In this document: positions 18,801 to 27,504 of the stretch, piece by piece
Numbering within the stretch: position 1 is the first letter of the stretch
Layout: the number at the start of each line of letters is the position of its first letter
Assembly: GCA_017411325.1 (NCBI GenBank)
Contig: JAFQQJ010000013.1
Coordinates: 15,295 to 79,294 of the forward strand
From: Clostridia bacterium
Lineage (GTDB): Bacteria > Bacillota > Clostridia > CAKSNL01 > HGM11501
Reading direction: 5' to 3'
Length of the DNA: 64,000 bases
Notes under the pieces: model-generated
Seen by the model: the letters and a program-made list of their open reading frames with translations, nothing else
Databases searched by the model: none
Told to the model about the DNA's origin: nothing
Program-made: the position numbers and the translations under genes

Positions 18801-19514
18801 GGGAAGATTCAGATGGAGGGCGTTGCTGAAGATACGGCAAACTCAAAACCTGAATACAGAAGCAAATTTAATCTTTACGGCAACGCCTCTGTTAAAGGCC
18901 TAGGAATTAACATCGGCAATACTTATGTTGATGGCTGCATCGATAAAACTTACACGGGAAATTCTGTTGTGGGCGGAGATGTTTCGCAACTTAAAGCAGG
19001 CGAAGGCTTTACTTCCTTAGAGTCTGTAAGTAGCATTACTAAAGCAGGTTCAAACGGCGAAACATTTGCATATTATGACGAAGCAAATAAAAAGTTTGCG
19101 TGGACTATGGCACCTGAACTTACACTTACGACAGATTCCGGTAAGTATAGTGACGAACTAGGAACAATAAGATTTCTGACAACATTTAATTCTGTTGACT
19201 CTGATGCTGTAGCAAGCTATGGAACCTATGCGGTGGGAGCAAGCAGCTTTGATGAAAATGCACAGTGGCAGTCAAATCAGTTCAGAGAATTTGACAAGAC
19301 ACCGGGAGCTGATAAGGTATATTATGTCGATGCTGTAAAAATTCCCGCGGAGCATTTTGACACAGAAATTGCGGCACTCAGCTTTGTAAGGATTAAAGGA
19401 ATTAAAACACCGATTTATTACGATTTCAATTTGGCAAGTGTAAATAAAAATGACACAGAAACAGGCGATGGAGTATTAAAGAACTTAGGCGATCCTGCAT
19501 ATACCGAAGCATGA
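15849..19514 (+). CDS. large secreted right-handed beta-helix / Pmp-repeat-like surface protein (putative adhesin)
   Basis: ATG 15849 behind RBS AAGGAAGG, with signal peptide MKKEFLHIFSFVMIAIFTFSCIGAVSA. Glu-rich linker. GGAI(Y)-type repeats (NGGAIYAYY, GNGGAVYIASG). Three about 400-aa modules each open with F-x-x-A...LLKD. No LPXTG or other anchor recognised. Confidence 0.8.
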   Translation: MKKEFLHIFSFVMIAIFTFSCIGAVSAEETFDIPVIEEVSEEELAEVLPEEEAELYEETAEVTKEEAEAALYDGENFSAYYASFEDAVAAVTSGTFDGMPTIKLLKDVLLDSNSDTRNYKIVTGKEFVVDGTNPNGGTFKIEDGNLDWNTDKTTTIKTYSIHMDGTGTKLIAKNVTFTRSFHKSYAFFHIGAHATLELSDNAKIGGTAESYLSGGNGSAVFIEAYGDSQVVPGFIMNSDTAVIEYCKGSGYGTVGVFAGKNVPEFRKGTIRNCQDSGGAIGISGSKDIIIEETFRIENCAVGIGGKADSVVKINTPFTITGCTKGITLESGATLDINANVKISGGTYCIYAADKSIINLNSPITMSGAATTGFALAGEDIITFGANFSGDIYAMVGYTSGGKTYDGIWIGHLADGVENLNGNVYYGKSKSGHKGVFHESLMGSGKITVGEKEYSLKKSFADTDNYDIPAKGVVFDYPLYIRTGTEDTGFKRVAFETFKEAYNLGSTGETIYLLKDLNDNDGISLNATTTPTGGEAVLSHFNFFKSLNINGNGHKITKENSVAKYLFAVYSNAHFNVKNIVYDGSGLGAFAYINAHGGGGTISVDNCLVYNGLGGNAGAFYTLITDSASTSAAVINIKDTTIASCSAPNGGAIYAYYRSTINLENVEITDCSTVSATTGNGGAVYIASGSKLNLKGRINISDNKKGTSENNIYLPGTNQITITGDISEGSLIGLSMAQSGATFGTVADGVDVDKTMFFADGAVIRNYTSVGVYTERKINAAFYPETVGDGKLNETVVIDVNDINEKKNSRTNELVLHWPWLLERGGKLYGYADFLTAYSWANASDAVLYCQKDITIEHLWGKAIDDKNDFSSISKMTEFTMYGETSNYAHTDMLQYLTLDGNGHIIDVDKKDGNAVFSLQWGNRNLTLNNFIYDGQKPFAVVHKSAAVGTETITVNNSYMTTVDDYPLFTVGKGGTINIIDSTLEGKIQMEGVAEDTANSKPEYRSKFNLYGNASVKGLGINIGNTYVDGCIDKTYTGNSVVGGDVSQLKAGEGFTSLESVSSITKAGSNGETFAYYDEANKKFAWTMAPELTLTTDSGKYSDELGTIRFLTTFNSVDSDAVASYGTYAVGASSFDENAQWQSNQFREFDKTPGADKVYYVDAVKIPAEHFDTEIAALSFVRIKGIKTPIYYDFNLASVNKNDTETGDGVLKNLGDPAYTEA

Positions 19515-19523
19515 GGAGGGATA

Positions 19524-19739
19524 ATGATGAACGAGAAAATAAATATTACGCAGGAAAATCCCTTTTCCGAGAACGAGAAAGTAAACAAGGAAAAAAAGAA
19601 AAAGGTGTATGAAAGTCCCGAAATTACGGTGATAGAAATCGAAACAAAGGATGTAATAAACGCCAGCACTTTAATAGGCTTCGATGCTACAGGCGAAAAT
19701 CTTCTGGGCTACGGTCAGATAGAGATTGACTTGAAATAA
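19524..19739 (+). CDS. small hypothetical protein (71 aa)
   Basis: Strong RBS GAGGAGGG overlaps the stop of the upstream gene, and the ATG is 9 nt after that stop. Lys/Glu-rich N-half, no Cys, no TM. No family recognised. Confidence 0.5.
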   Translation: MMNEKINITQENPFSENEKVNKEKKKKVYESPEITVIEIETKDVINASTLIGFDATGENLLGYGQIEIDLK

Positions 19740-19853
19740 TTAATAATCGCGGAAATCGGACCGCATAAAATATGTCTGAAATGCAGAAACGGTGCAACAG
19801 ACAATGTTGTAAACACAACTGCTTTCTGCTTTTTAGAGAACCACTTCTTAGCG

Positions 19854-19879
19854 AAAAGACGGCTAGTGCCGTCTTTTTG
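19854..19879 (+). terminator. intrinsic terminator
   Basis: AGACGGC-TAGT-GCCGTCT followed by TTTT. Confidence 0.7.
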
Positions 19880-19927
19880 CATTTTAAATTTTTGCAGCCG
19901 GAAATCTGAACTCATCCGCCTTTTGGT

Positions 19928-20006
19928 GTCATTCTGAGTCCGAAGGACGAAGAATCCCGTGCAAAAAAGATTCTTCACTCCGCCTGACGGCTCTGCTCAG
20001 AATGAC
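19928..20006. repeat. palindromic intergenic repeat, family 2 (compact hairpin copy)
   Basis: GTCATTCTGAGTCCGAAGGACGAAGAATC (19928-19956) pairs with GATTCTTCACTCCGCCTGACGGCTCTGCTCAGAATGAC (19969-20006). Confidence 0.65.
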
Positions 20007-20145
20007 AGGTGGAAATATAAATAAAACAGAAAGTTTTAGAAAAATAACAATTTCCCCTTGTTTTAATTTCTTTTTAGTGATATAATATTTAATTAATAAT
20101 ATAATCGGAGAAATTGTGTCTTTTTGTGAAAGGAAAGAGCAAATT

Positions 20146-20679
20146 ATGAAGATAAAAGTTGATAAGCTCACATATAAAGAGTTTACTGAATATGCTGATT
20201 CCACCGTGGCAAAGCCCATAAAAATGACTCTGGCGTTTTTCATCGGCGTGGCAATAATTTTAATCATTATCGCAATGAGCAAGCCTTCATTTGAAGGTGC
20301 TGTTACACCGCTTTTCTGGTGCGTGGGAATTCTTGCATTCCTTTTAATTGTATCAAATGCAAGCATAAATACTGCATTTAAAAAATCGGGGCTTGCATCA
20401 ACCAATTGCAGCTACACCTTTATGGAAGACGGTATGAAAATCGCAATGGGAAAATTAAAGGGCGACCTTGAGTGGAAGTATGTCAAATACGTAAAAGAAA
20501 CCAAAAATCTCTGGATTATGAGAGTGCCCAACAGCCAGTTTATAATCCCAAAAAGATGTATGAACGAAGATGAATGGGAAAGCTTTATAAACACATATAT
20601 TCCCGAAGATAAAATAAAGCGGATGAAGTATAAGAGAAGTACCCCTGAAAGGACGAAGGACGATGACAGTGAAGACTGA
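20146..20679 (+). CDS. YcxB-like membrane protein
   Basis: ATG 20146 behind AAAGGAAAGAG. Two TM helices, then a C-terminal region ...NLWIMRVPNSQFIIPKRCMNEDEWESF typical of the YcxB-like domain. Confidence 0.5.
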   Translation: MKIKVDKLTYKEFTEYADSTVAKPIKMTLAFFIGVAIILIIIAMSKPSFEGAVTPLFWCVGILAFLLIVSNASINTAFKKSGLASTNCSYTFMEDGMKIAMGKLKGDLEWKYVKYVKETKNLWIMRVPNSQFIIPKRCMNEDEWESFINTYIPEDKIKRMKYKRSTPERTKDDDSED

Positions 20680-22045
20680 TGAAAAAGAAATTTTAAGACA
20701 GAAGGGCTTTGCCGAAAAGGTTAAAAATATAATCGGTGAAGGAAAAAAATATCTTTTAATAACACTTGGCTGTCAGCAAAACGAGAGCGACTCTGAAAAG
20801 CTTCACGGGATGCTTAGTGAAATGGGCTACACCGAAACAGAGCTGATAGATGAAGCCGACCTTATTTTATACAACACCTGTGCGGTAAGGGAAAATGCGG
20901 AGAAAAAGCTTTTCGGAAGAATCGGTGCATTAAAGCCCTATAAAGAAAAAAATCCCGACCTTATAATAGGCGTGTGCGGTTGTATGACACAGCAAAAGGG
21001 GATGGACGAGCGTTTCCGTCGCTACTATAAATATGTTGATATGGTTTTCGGAACCTACAGCTTATATGCCCTTCCCGAAATTTTATATAAGGTAATAGAA
21101 GACAGAGCCCAGATACGCGATATAAGAGATATTGACGGCGAGGTTACGGAGGGAATCCCGATTAAAAGACAGAGCAATGTAAAGGCGTACCTTTCCGTTA
21201 TGTACGGCTGCAACAACTTCTGCAGCTACTGCGTTGTCCCATATGTAAGGGGAAGGGAGCGAAGCCGTGAGTATAAGGATGTATTGGATGAAGCGAAGTC
21301 AATTGCGTCCTCCGGCATAAAGGAAATTATGCTTCTGGGACAGAATGTAAACTCCTACAACGGCGGCTTAAGCTTTGCCGAGCTTGTAGCGAAGGTCAGC
21401 GAAATTGACGGGATTGAGCGAATCCGCTTTATGTCATCTCACCCCAAGGACATCAGTAGCGAGCTTATCGACGTTATGGCAGAGCGTAAAAATGTGTGCA
21501 ATCAGCTCCATCTTCCCGTACAGTCAGGAAGCAACCGTATACTAAAGATTATGAACCGTCGCTATACGGTTGAAAAATATATGGGGATAATTGACGAGGT
21601 TAAACGTAAAATTCCCGATGTTACCCTTACAACGGACATAATCGTTGGCTTCCCCGGCGAAACCAACGAGGATTTTTATAAGACTATGGAGCTTTTGAAA
21701 GCTGTGCGCTATGACAGCATTTTCTCATTTATATACTCAAAGCGAAAAGGCACGCCTGCCGCAGTTATGGAGGATTGCCTGACAGAGGAAGAAAAACACA
21801 TTAATTTTGATAAGATGTTAAAGCTTCAGAACGATATTTCTCTTGAAAAGAATAAGGCTATGATTGGCTCTGTTCAGTCTGTTTTGGTGGAAGGCGAAAG
21901 CAAAACGGACAAGCTGCGTCAGTGCGGAAGGTCGGAAGGCGGAAAATTAGTGCATTTTGCTTCCGATAAGGATTTGACCGGAGAAATAGTTAAAGTGAAA
22001 ATTACGGATGTCAACACCTGGACGCTTTCAGGTGATATGATATAA
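20663..22045 (+). CDS. miaB: tRNA-2-methylthio-N6-dimethylallyladenosine synthase
   Basis: 460 aa with the radical-SAM motif CNNFCSYCVVPYVRG. UPF0004 N-domain and TRAM C-domain pattern. Confidence 0.93.
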   Translation: MTVKTDEKEILRQKGFAEKVKNIIGEGKKYLLITLGCQQNESDSEKLHGMLSEMGYTETELIDEADLILYNTCAVRENAEKKLFGRIGALKPYKEKNPDLIIGVCGCMTQQKGMDERFRRYYKYVDMVFGTYSLYALPEILYKVIEDRAQIRDIRDIDGEVTEGIPIKRQSNVKAYLSVMYGCNNFCSYCVVPYVRGRERSREYKDVLDEAKSIASSGIKEIMLLGQNVNSYNGGLSFAELVAKVSEIDGIERIRFMSSHPKDISSELIDVMAERKNVCNQLHLPVQSGSNRILKIMNRRYTVEKYMGIIDEVKRKIPDVTLTTDIIVGFPGETNEDFYKTMELLKAVRYDSIFSFIYSKRKGTPAAVMEDCLTEEEKHINFDKMLKLQNDISLEKNKAMIGSVQSVLVEGESKTDKLRQCGRSEGGKLVHFASDKDLTGEIVKVKITDVNTWTLSGDMI

Positions 22046-22060
22046 GAAAGGCTTGATTAA

Positions 22061-24667
22061 ATGATCGAGGACAGAAGCAAATTATCTGCCATGATGAGGC
22101 AGTATCTTGCTACAAAGGACGAATATCCCGATGCGATACTTATGTACCGTGTGGGAGACTTTTATGAAATGTTTTTTGACGATGCGAAAACCGCGTCCGC
22201 GGCACTTGACCTGGTTTTAACAGGGAAGGACTGCGGTCTTAGTGAGCGTGCACCCATGTGCGGTGTGCCCTTTCATGCGGCTGATAACTATATTTCCCGT
22301 CTTGTTTCAAAGGGCTTCAAGGTTGCCATCTGTGAGCAGGTTGAAGACCCGAAAGAGGCAAAAGGACTTGTTAAGCGTGACGTAATAAGGGTGGTAACAC
22401 CGGGAACCATAACAGACGAAGCGGTTTTAGACTCCCGACCCACAAACTATATGTGTGCCATAAATAAGTCGGAGGAAGTAACTGCTCTTGCCATTGCCGA
22501 TGTTTCAACCGGTGAGGTTTTGGTAACGGAATTTACAAAGGATGAATATAATTCTGAGCTTATAAGCGAGCTTGACCGTTTTTCGCCCGTTGAAATATTG
22601 CTGGGGCAGGGTGCAGTTTCCGATTCGGAATTAGTTTCCTACATAAACGATAAGACAAAGGCACTTTGCTTCTCCTGCGACGAAAGCTATTTCGACTACG
22701 ACAATGCCCTTGCAATAATCGGTGAGCAGTTCGGAAAAGAAGGGGACAAGCTTAAGGGTAAAAAGGAACTTTCCGGTGCTCTTTCTGCACTTTTATCCTA
22801 CATTATGGAAACCCAGAAGGTTGAGCTTTCCCATATGAAAGAAATTGAATTTTTCACCACCAACCGCTATATGGAAGTGGGAAGTGTGGCTCAGAAAAAT
22901 TTGGAGCTTGTTGAAAATATGCAGGACAAGACAAAGCGAGGCACACTTTTGAGCATCCTTGATAAAACCTGCACTACAATGGGAAGAAGAACCGTTAAAA
23001 GCTGGATTTTAAGACCTTTAATTGATACGGTGAAAATTAAAAACAGACTTGATGCCGTTGGTGAAGCATCAGAAAAGCTTCAGGTAAGAACCAACCTTCG
23101 TGATTTAATGGCATCGGTAAACGACATTGAAAGAATTGTAAGCCGTGTTTCCCTTGGAACGGTTAACCCAAGAGACTTGGTTGCACTTAAAACATCCCTT
23201 ATGATGCTTCCTGCCATAAAGGAAGAAAGCGGAAAATTCACTTCCGACTTTATGAAGAAGCAGTGCACGGATATTGAAATCTTAAATGATTTGACCATGC
23301 TCATCGATATGGCGATAGTAGACAAGGATACCCCCATAACAGTAAGAGAAGGAAAAATCATAAAGGAAGGCTTTTCAGAGGAAATAGACTACTTGAATAA
23401 GCTTATGTCTGACAGCAAGGGAATCCTTGCGGGCATCGAGGCAAGGGAAAGGGAAAGAACGGGAATTCCCAAGCTTAAGGTGGGCTATAACAAGGTGTTC
23501 GGATACTACATCGAGGTTTCAAACGTACATAAGGACAAGGTTCCCGAAGACTATATAAGAAAGCAGACTCTTACAAACGGAGAAAGATATATAACAGAAG
23601 AGCTTAAAGAGGTCGAAAAGGATGTTTTAAGTGCTTCTGAAAAGGTTATCCGCCTTGAATACGAGGCATTTATGAAGGTGGTTTCGGCCGTAAAGGAAAA
23701 AATCGGAAGCATACAGAAAACCTCCCACGCCATCGGCGTAATGGACGTTATATGCTCCTTTGCCCACGTGGCGGTTAAAAATTCCTACTGTATGCCGATA
23801 GTTGATGCGTCGGACAATCTGGAAATAAAGGACGGCCGCCATCCCGTGGTTGAGCAGATAAACGATAAGGAGCTTTTTGTTCCCAACGATACAAATCTTT
23901 CGGGCAAGGGCGATTCAATGGCAATAATCACAGGGCCCAATATGGCAGGTAAATCCACATATATGCGCCAGGTGGCATTAATCTCGCTTATGGCGCAGAT
24001 TGGCTCTTTCGTTCCCGCAACATTCTGCCACGTCGGTGTGGTAGACAAGATATTTACCCGTGTCGGTGCTTCCGATGATTTATCCTCGGGAAGAAGTACC
24101 TATATGGTTGAAATGAGCGAGGTTGCTGAAATCGTAAACAATGCAACGAAAAAGAGCCTTATTATCTTAGACGAAATAGGCAGAGGCACAAGCACCTTTG
24201 ACGGACTTTCAATGGCATGGTCAATTGTTGAATACTGTGCGGAAAAAATAAAGGCAAGAACACTTTTCGCCACCCATTATCACGAGCTTACGGAGCTTGA
24301 AAGCACGCTTCCCGGTGTAAAGAACTACTGCATTGCAGTTAAAAAGAGGGGAGACGACATCATTTTCCTCCGCAAGATAATAAGAGGCGGAGCGGACGAA
24401 AGCTACGGTATTGAGGTTGCCCGTCTTGCAGGCATAAAGGAAAGTATAATAAAACGTGCAAAGGAAATTCTTGCCAAGGTGGAAAACGAAAACCCCAGAG
24501 AAAGAAAAACGGCTATAAAGGCGGAAGCGGACACTCAGCTTGATATGTCAGGAATGGTTAAGGACACCATCGTTGACCGCCTTCGTATGATTGATATAAC
24601 AACAATTTCGCCCCTGGAGGCACTTAACATATTAAACGAACTTAAAAACAAGGCTGACGAAGCATAA
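22061..24667 (+). CDS. mutS: DNA mismatch repair protein MutS
   Basis: 868 aa. Motifs MMRQYL, GDFYE, and Walker A GPNMAGKSTYMRQ. Confidence 0.97.
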   Translation: MIEDRSKLSAMMRQYLATKDEYPDAILMYRVGDFYEMFFDDAKTASAALDLVLTGKDCGLSERAPMCGVPFHAADNYISRLVSKGFKVAICEQVEDPKEAKGLVKRDVIRVVTPGTITDEAVLDSRPTNYMCAINKSEEVTALAIADVSTGEVLVTEFTKDEYNSELISELDRFSPVEILLGQGAVSDSELVSYINDKTKALCFSCDESYFDYDNALAIIGEQFGKEGDKLKGKKELSGALSALLSYIMETQKVELSHMKEIEFFTTNRYMEVGSVAQKNLELVENMQDKTKRGTLLSILDKTCTTMGRRTVKSWILRPLIDTVKIKNRLDAVGEASEKLQVRTNLRDLMASVNDIERIVSRVSLGTVNPRDLVALKTSLMMLPAIKEESGKFTSDFMKKQCTDIEILNDLTMLIDMAIVDKDTPITVREGKIIKEGFSEEIDYLNKLMSDSKGILAGIEARERERTGIPKLKVGYNKVFGYYIEVSNVHKDKVPEDYIRKQTLTNGERYITEELKEVEKDVLSASEKVIRLEYEAFMKVVSAVKEKIGSIQKTSHAIGVMDVICSFAHVAVKNSYCMPIVDASDNLEIKDGRHPVVEQINDKELFVPNDTNLSGKGDSMAIITGPNMAGKSTYMRQVALISLMAQIGSFVPATFCHVGVVDKIFTRVGASDDLSSGRSTYMVEMSEVAEIVNNATKKSLIILDEIGRGTSTFDGLSMAWSIVEYCAEKIKARTLFATHYHELTELESTLPGVKNYCIAVKKRGDDIIFLRKIIRGGADESYGIEVARLAGIKESIIKRAKEILAKVENENPRERKTAIKAEADTQLDMSGMVKDTIVDRLRMIDITTISPLEALNILNELKNKADEA

Positions 24668-24691
24668 TTTTTCGGAAAGGATGGATTTTTC

Positions 24692-26572
24692 ATGGGAAAA
24701 ATTCATGTACTTGATAAATCGGTATCCAATAAAATTGCGGCAGGCGAGGTTGTATCACGCCCTGCTTCGGCTGTAAAGGAACTAATTGAAAACTCCCTTG
24801 ATGCCGGAGCAAAATCCATTACCGTTGAAATTAAAAACGGCGGTATCGGATATATAAGGGTTACGGATGACGGATCGGGAATCGAAGAGGATGATATTTT
24901 AACCGCCTTTTTGCCCCACGCCACAAGCAAAATCCATACGGCGGAGGATCTTTATGCCATCGGCACCTACGGCTTTCGCGGTGAGGCACTTGCATCAATT
25001 GCTTCGGTTTCCAAGCTTGAGCTTATAACAAAAACCGCCGATGCCGAAATGGGCGTTAAAATTTCCGTTGAAGGCGGCGAATACGGCGAAAGCGAATGCA
25101 TCGGCGCCAAAACTGGTACAACCATCACGGTAAAGGAGCTTTTTTACAACACTCCCGCAAGATTCAAGTTTTTGAAGAAAGACAGCGCGGAAACCGCCGC
25201 TGTGACGGACGTATGCCAGAAGGCGGCACTTTCCCGTCCCGATGTTTCATTTAAGTACATAGCTTCGGGAAAAGAGGTTTTCTTCACCCCCGGGGACGGA
25301 GTTCTTTTAAATGCAATTTTTGCGGTGTTCGGCAAGGATTTTGCGAAAAATATGATGCCGCTGAGTTATGAAAATGAAGGCGTAAAGGTGGAAGGTTTTA
25401 TCGGAAGTGCGGCGGTAGCCCGTCCCAACCGTAATATGCAGATTTTCTTTGTAAACGGCAGAAGCGTAGTAAGCCGCATAATGTCTTTTGCACTTTCCGA
25501 AAGCTATAAAAATCAGCTTACCGTAGGAAAGTTTCCCGCGACAGTATTAAATGTGGAAATTGCAAATGACAAGGTGGATGTAAATGTTCATCCTTCAAAG
25601 ACTGAAGTTAAATTTATTGACGAAAAGGAAATTTACGACGGCATTTACTGGGGCTGTAAAAATACGCTTTACGAAAAGCCTTATGTTCCTTCGGTTACGG
25701 CATCGAATGAAAGAACACCTGATGTTAAAATTGCTCCCGAAAAGGTTGAGAGTGTTAAAGAAAGAGTGTTTATTCCTTCGGTTAAGCCTGAAACTCCTTT
25801 TAAACCGGTCATAAAGGAAGAGGTAAAGGCTGAAGAAAAGAAGACGGGATTTACAAAAATAGAGCCGGTAAAAGCAACGGATGAAAAAATCACCTATGCG
25901 GCAGAGCCTTCTGTTAAATATGACCTTACGCCGAAGACCGAAGTAAAGGAAGAAACGGGAAAAGAAGAGCTTCAGCAGGAAATGGAAATTCCGAAGGAAG
26001 CTGACGTAAGGGTAATAGGACAGGTATTTGAAACCTATATACTTGCCGAATCGGAAGGCGAAATGCTGATAATTGACCAGCACGCAGCTCACGAGCGCTT
26101 GAATTATGAAGAGCTCAAGAAAAGAAGGGAGAAAAACGAGGCGGAAAGCCAGATGCTTATGATTCCCGAAATGGTTTCCTTAAGTCCTTCGGAGATGGCT
26201 GTGTGGGAAGATAATAAAGAATTTTTCGAATCCATCGGTTTTGAAACAGAAGCTATGGGTGAAAAGGACATAATGGTAAGATGTGTTCCCACAGGAACAG
26301 AGGACGGAGACATAAAGGATACGGTAATCGAAATGCTTGATATCCTTTCTGATTCAAGGCACGATAAAAGAACATTTTTAGAGGAGCGGGCAATGTATTC
26401 CGTTTCCTGTAAATCAGCCATAAAGGCAAACAGAAGCTTAAGTGTGCAGGAACAAAAGGACTTGGTTGTGAGAGTGTTGGCGCTTCCCGGTATCAATACC
26501 TGCCCTCACGGCAGACCTCTTTGCATCAAGCTTACAAAGGATAAAATAGAAAAGGAATTCAGACGTATATGA
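24692..26572 (+). CDS. mutL: DNA mismatch repair protein MutL
   Basis: 626 aa with GHKL ATPase motifs AAGEVV, ENSLDAG, GFRGEAL. Confidence 0.95.
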   Translation: MGKIHVLDKSVSNKIAAGEVVSRPASAVKELIENSLDAGAKSITVEIKNGGIGYIRVTDDGSGIEEDDILTAFLPHATSKIHTAEDLYAIGTYGFRGEALASIASVSKLELITKTADAEMGVKISVEGGEYGESECIGAKTGTTITVKELFYNTPARFKFLKKDSAETAAVTDVCQKAALSRPDVSFKYIASGKEVFFTPGDGVLLNAIFAVFGKDFAKNMMPLSYENEGVKVEGFIGSAAVARPNRNMQIFFVNGRSVVSRIMSFALSESYKNQLTVGKFPATVLNVEIANDKVDVNVHPSKTEVKFIDEKEIYDGIYWGCKNTLYEKPYVPSVTASNERTPDVKIAPEKVESVKERVFIPSVKPETPFKPVIKEEVKAEEKKTGFTKIEPVKATDEKITYAAEPSVKYDLTPKTEVKEETGKEELQQEMEIPKEADVRVIGQVFETYILAESEGEMLIIDQHAAHERLNYEELKKRREKNEAESQMLMIPEMVSLSPSEMAVWEDNKEFFESIGFETEAMGEKDIMVRCVPTGTEDGDIKDTVIEMLDILSDSRHDKRTFLEERAMYSVSCKSAIKANRSLSVQEQKDLVVRVLALPGINTCPHGRPLCIKLTKDKIEKEFRRI

Positions 26573-27504
26573 AAATCCCTCTTATAGTGGTGGCAGGGCC
26601 GACGGCATCCGGTAAAACGGCTATGGCGATTCACCTTGCAAAAAAGTTCGGCGGTGAAATAGTATCTGCCGACTCCATGCAGATTTATAAAAAGCTTAAT
26701 ACAGGAACGGCAAAGCCCACAAAAGAGGAGCTTTCAGCAGCACCGCACCATATGATTGATATTCTGGATATCAACGAAAATTTTTCCGTGGTGGACTACT
26801 GCGCTATGGCACACGGAGTAATTTCTGAAATTTATAAAAGAGGACATCTTCCCATAGTCGCGGGCGGTACGGGGCTTTATATTGATTCTTTGGTCAATGA
26901 TGAAGCTTTCAGCTCTGTGGGAGAAGATGAAGCTCTCCGCAAGGAGCTTTTGTCCCTTGCCGAAAAAGAAGGAAACGAAGCGGTTTACAGTATTCTTAAA
27001 GAGCTTGATTCAGCTGCGGCAAAAAACCTTCACCCCAATAACTTAAAGAGAGTAATAAGAGCAATTGAGATTATAAAAACCACAGGTAAAAGCCTGGAGG
27101 AATCCATAAAGAGGGAAAAGGCGGAATCAAGATACGATGTTTTATATCTGGTGCTTTCCCACGACCGTGAGGTTTTGTATGACCGTATAGAAAAAAGAGT
27201 TGACATAATGATGGAGGAAGGCCTTTTGGACGAGGCAAAATGGCTTTTTGATACGATTGAAAACGAAAGTGCCACATGCCTTCAGGCGATAGGCTATAAA
27301 GAATTCAAGGAATATTTTGAAGGTAAAAAGACTCTGGAAGAGGCAACTGAAGAACTTAAAAAAGACACCAGGCATTATGCGAAGAGGCAGATGACCTGGT
27401 TTCGGCGGAATAAAGATGCGAAAATGATTGATTGCGGAAGCGAACCCTTTGCAGAGGCGGATAAGCTGGTGGAGAATTTTCTGAAAGACAGGAGTTTTGT
27501 ATGA
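26569..27504 (+). CDS. miaA: tRNA dimethylallyltransferase
   Basis: 311 aa. P-loop GPTASGKT and SADSMQIYK. Confidence 0.95.
   Translation: MKIPLIVVAGPTASGKTAMAIHLAKKFGGEIVSADSMQIYKKLNTGTAKPTKEELSAAPHHMIDILDINENFSVVDYCAMAHGVISEIYKRGHLPIVAGGTGLYIDSLVNDEAFSSVGEDEALRKELLSLAEKEGNEAVYSILKELDSAAAKNLHPNNLKRVIRAIEIIKTTGKSLEESIKREKAESRYDVLYLVLSHDREVLYDRIEKRVDIMMEEGLLDEAKWLFDTIENESATCLQAIGYKEFKEYFEGKKTLEEATEELKKDTRHYAKRQMTWFRRNKDAKMIDCGSEPFAEADKLVENFLKDRSFV

Noticed and set aside
25595-26092. Long antisense or alternative-frame ORFs inside well-supported genes
   Set aside because: Examples are 25595-26092 in mutL, 12085-12504 in argD, 27755-28493 in the HlyD-like gene, 34294-34866 in GH2, 19929-20405, 45238-45636 and 32034-32450. 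All are shadow ORFs on the opposite strand or frame of genes with strong motif support. Their translations are low-complexity or Ser/Phe/Leu/Arg-rich and lack RBSs.
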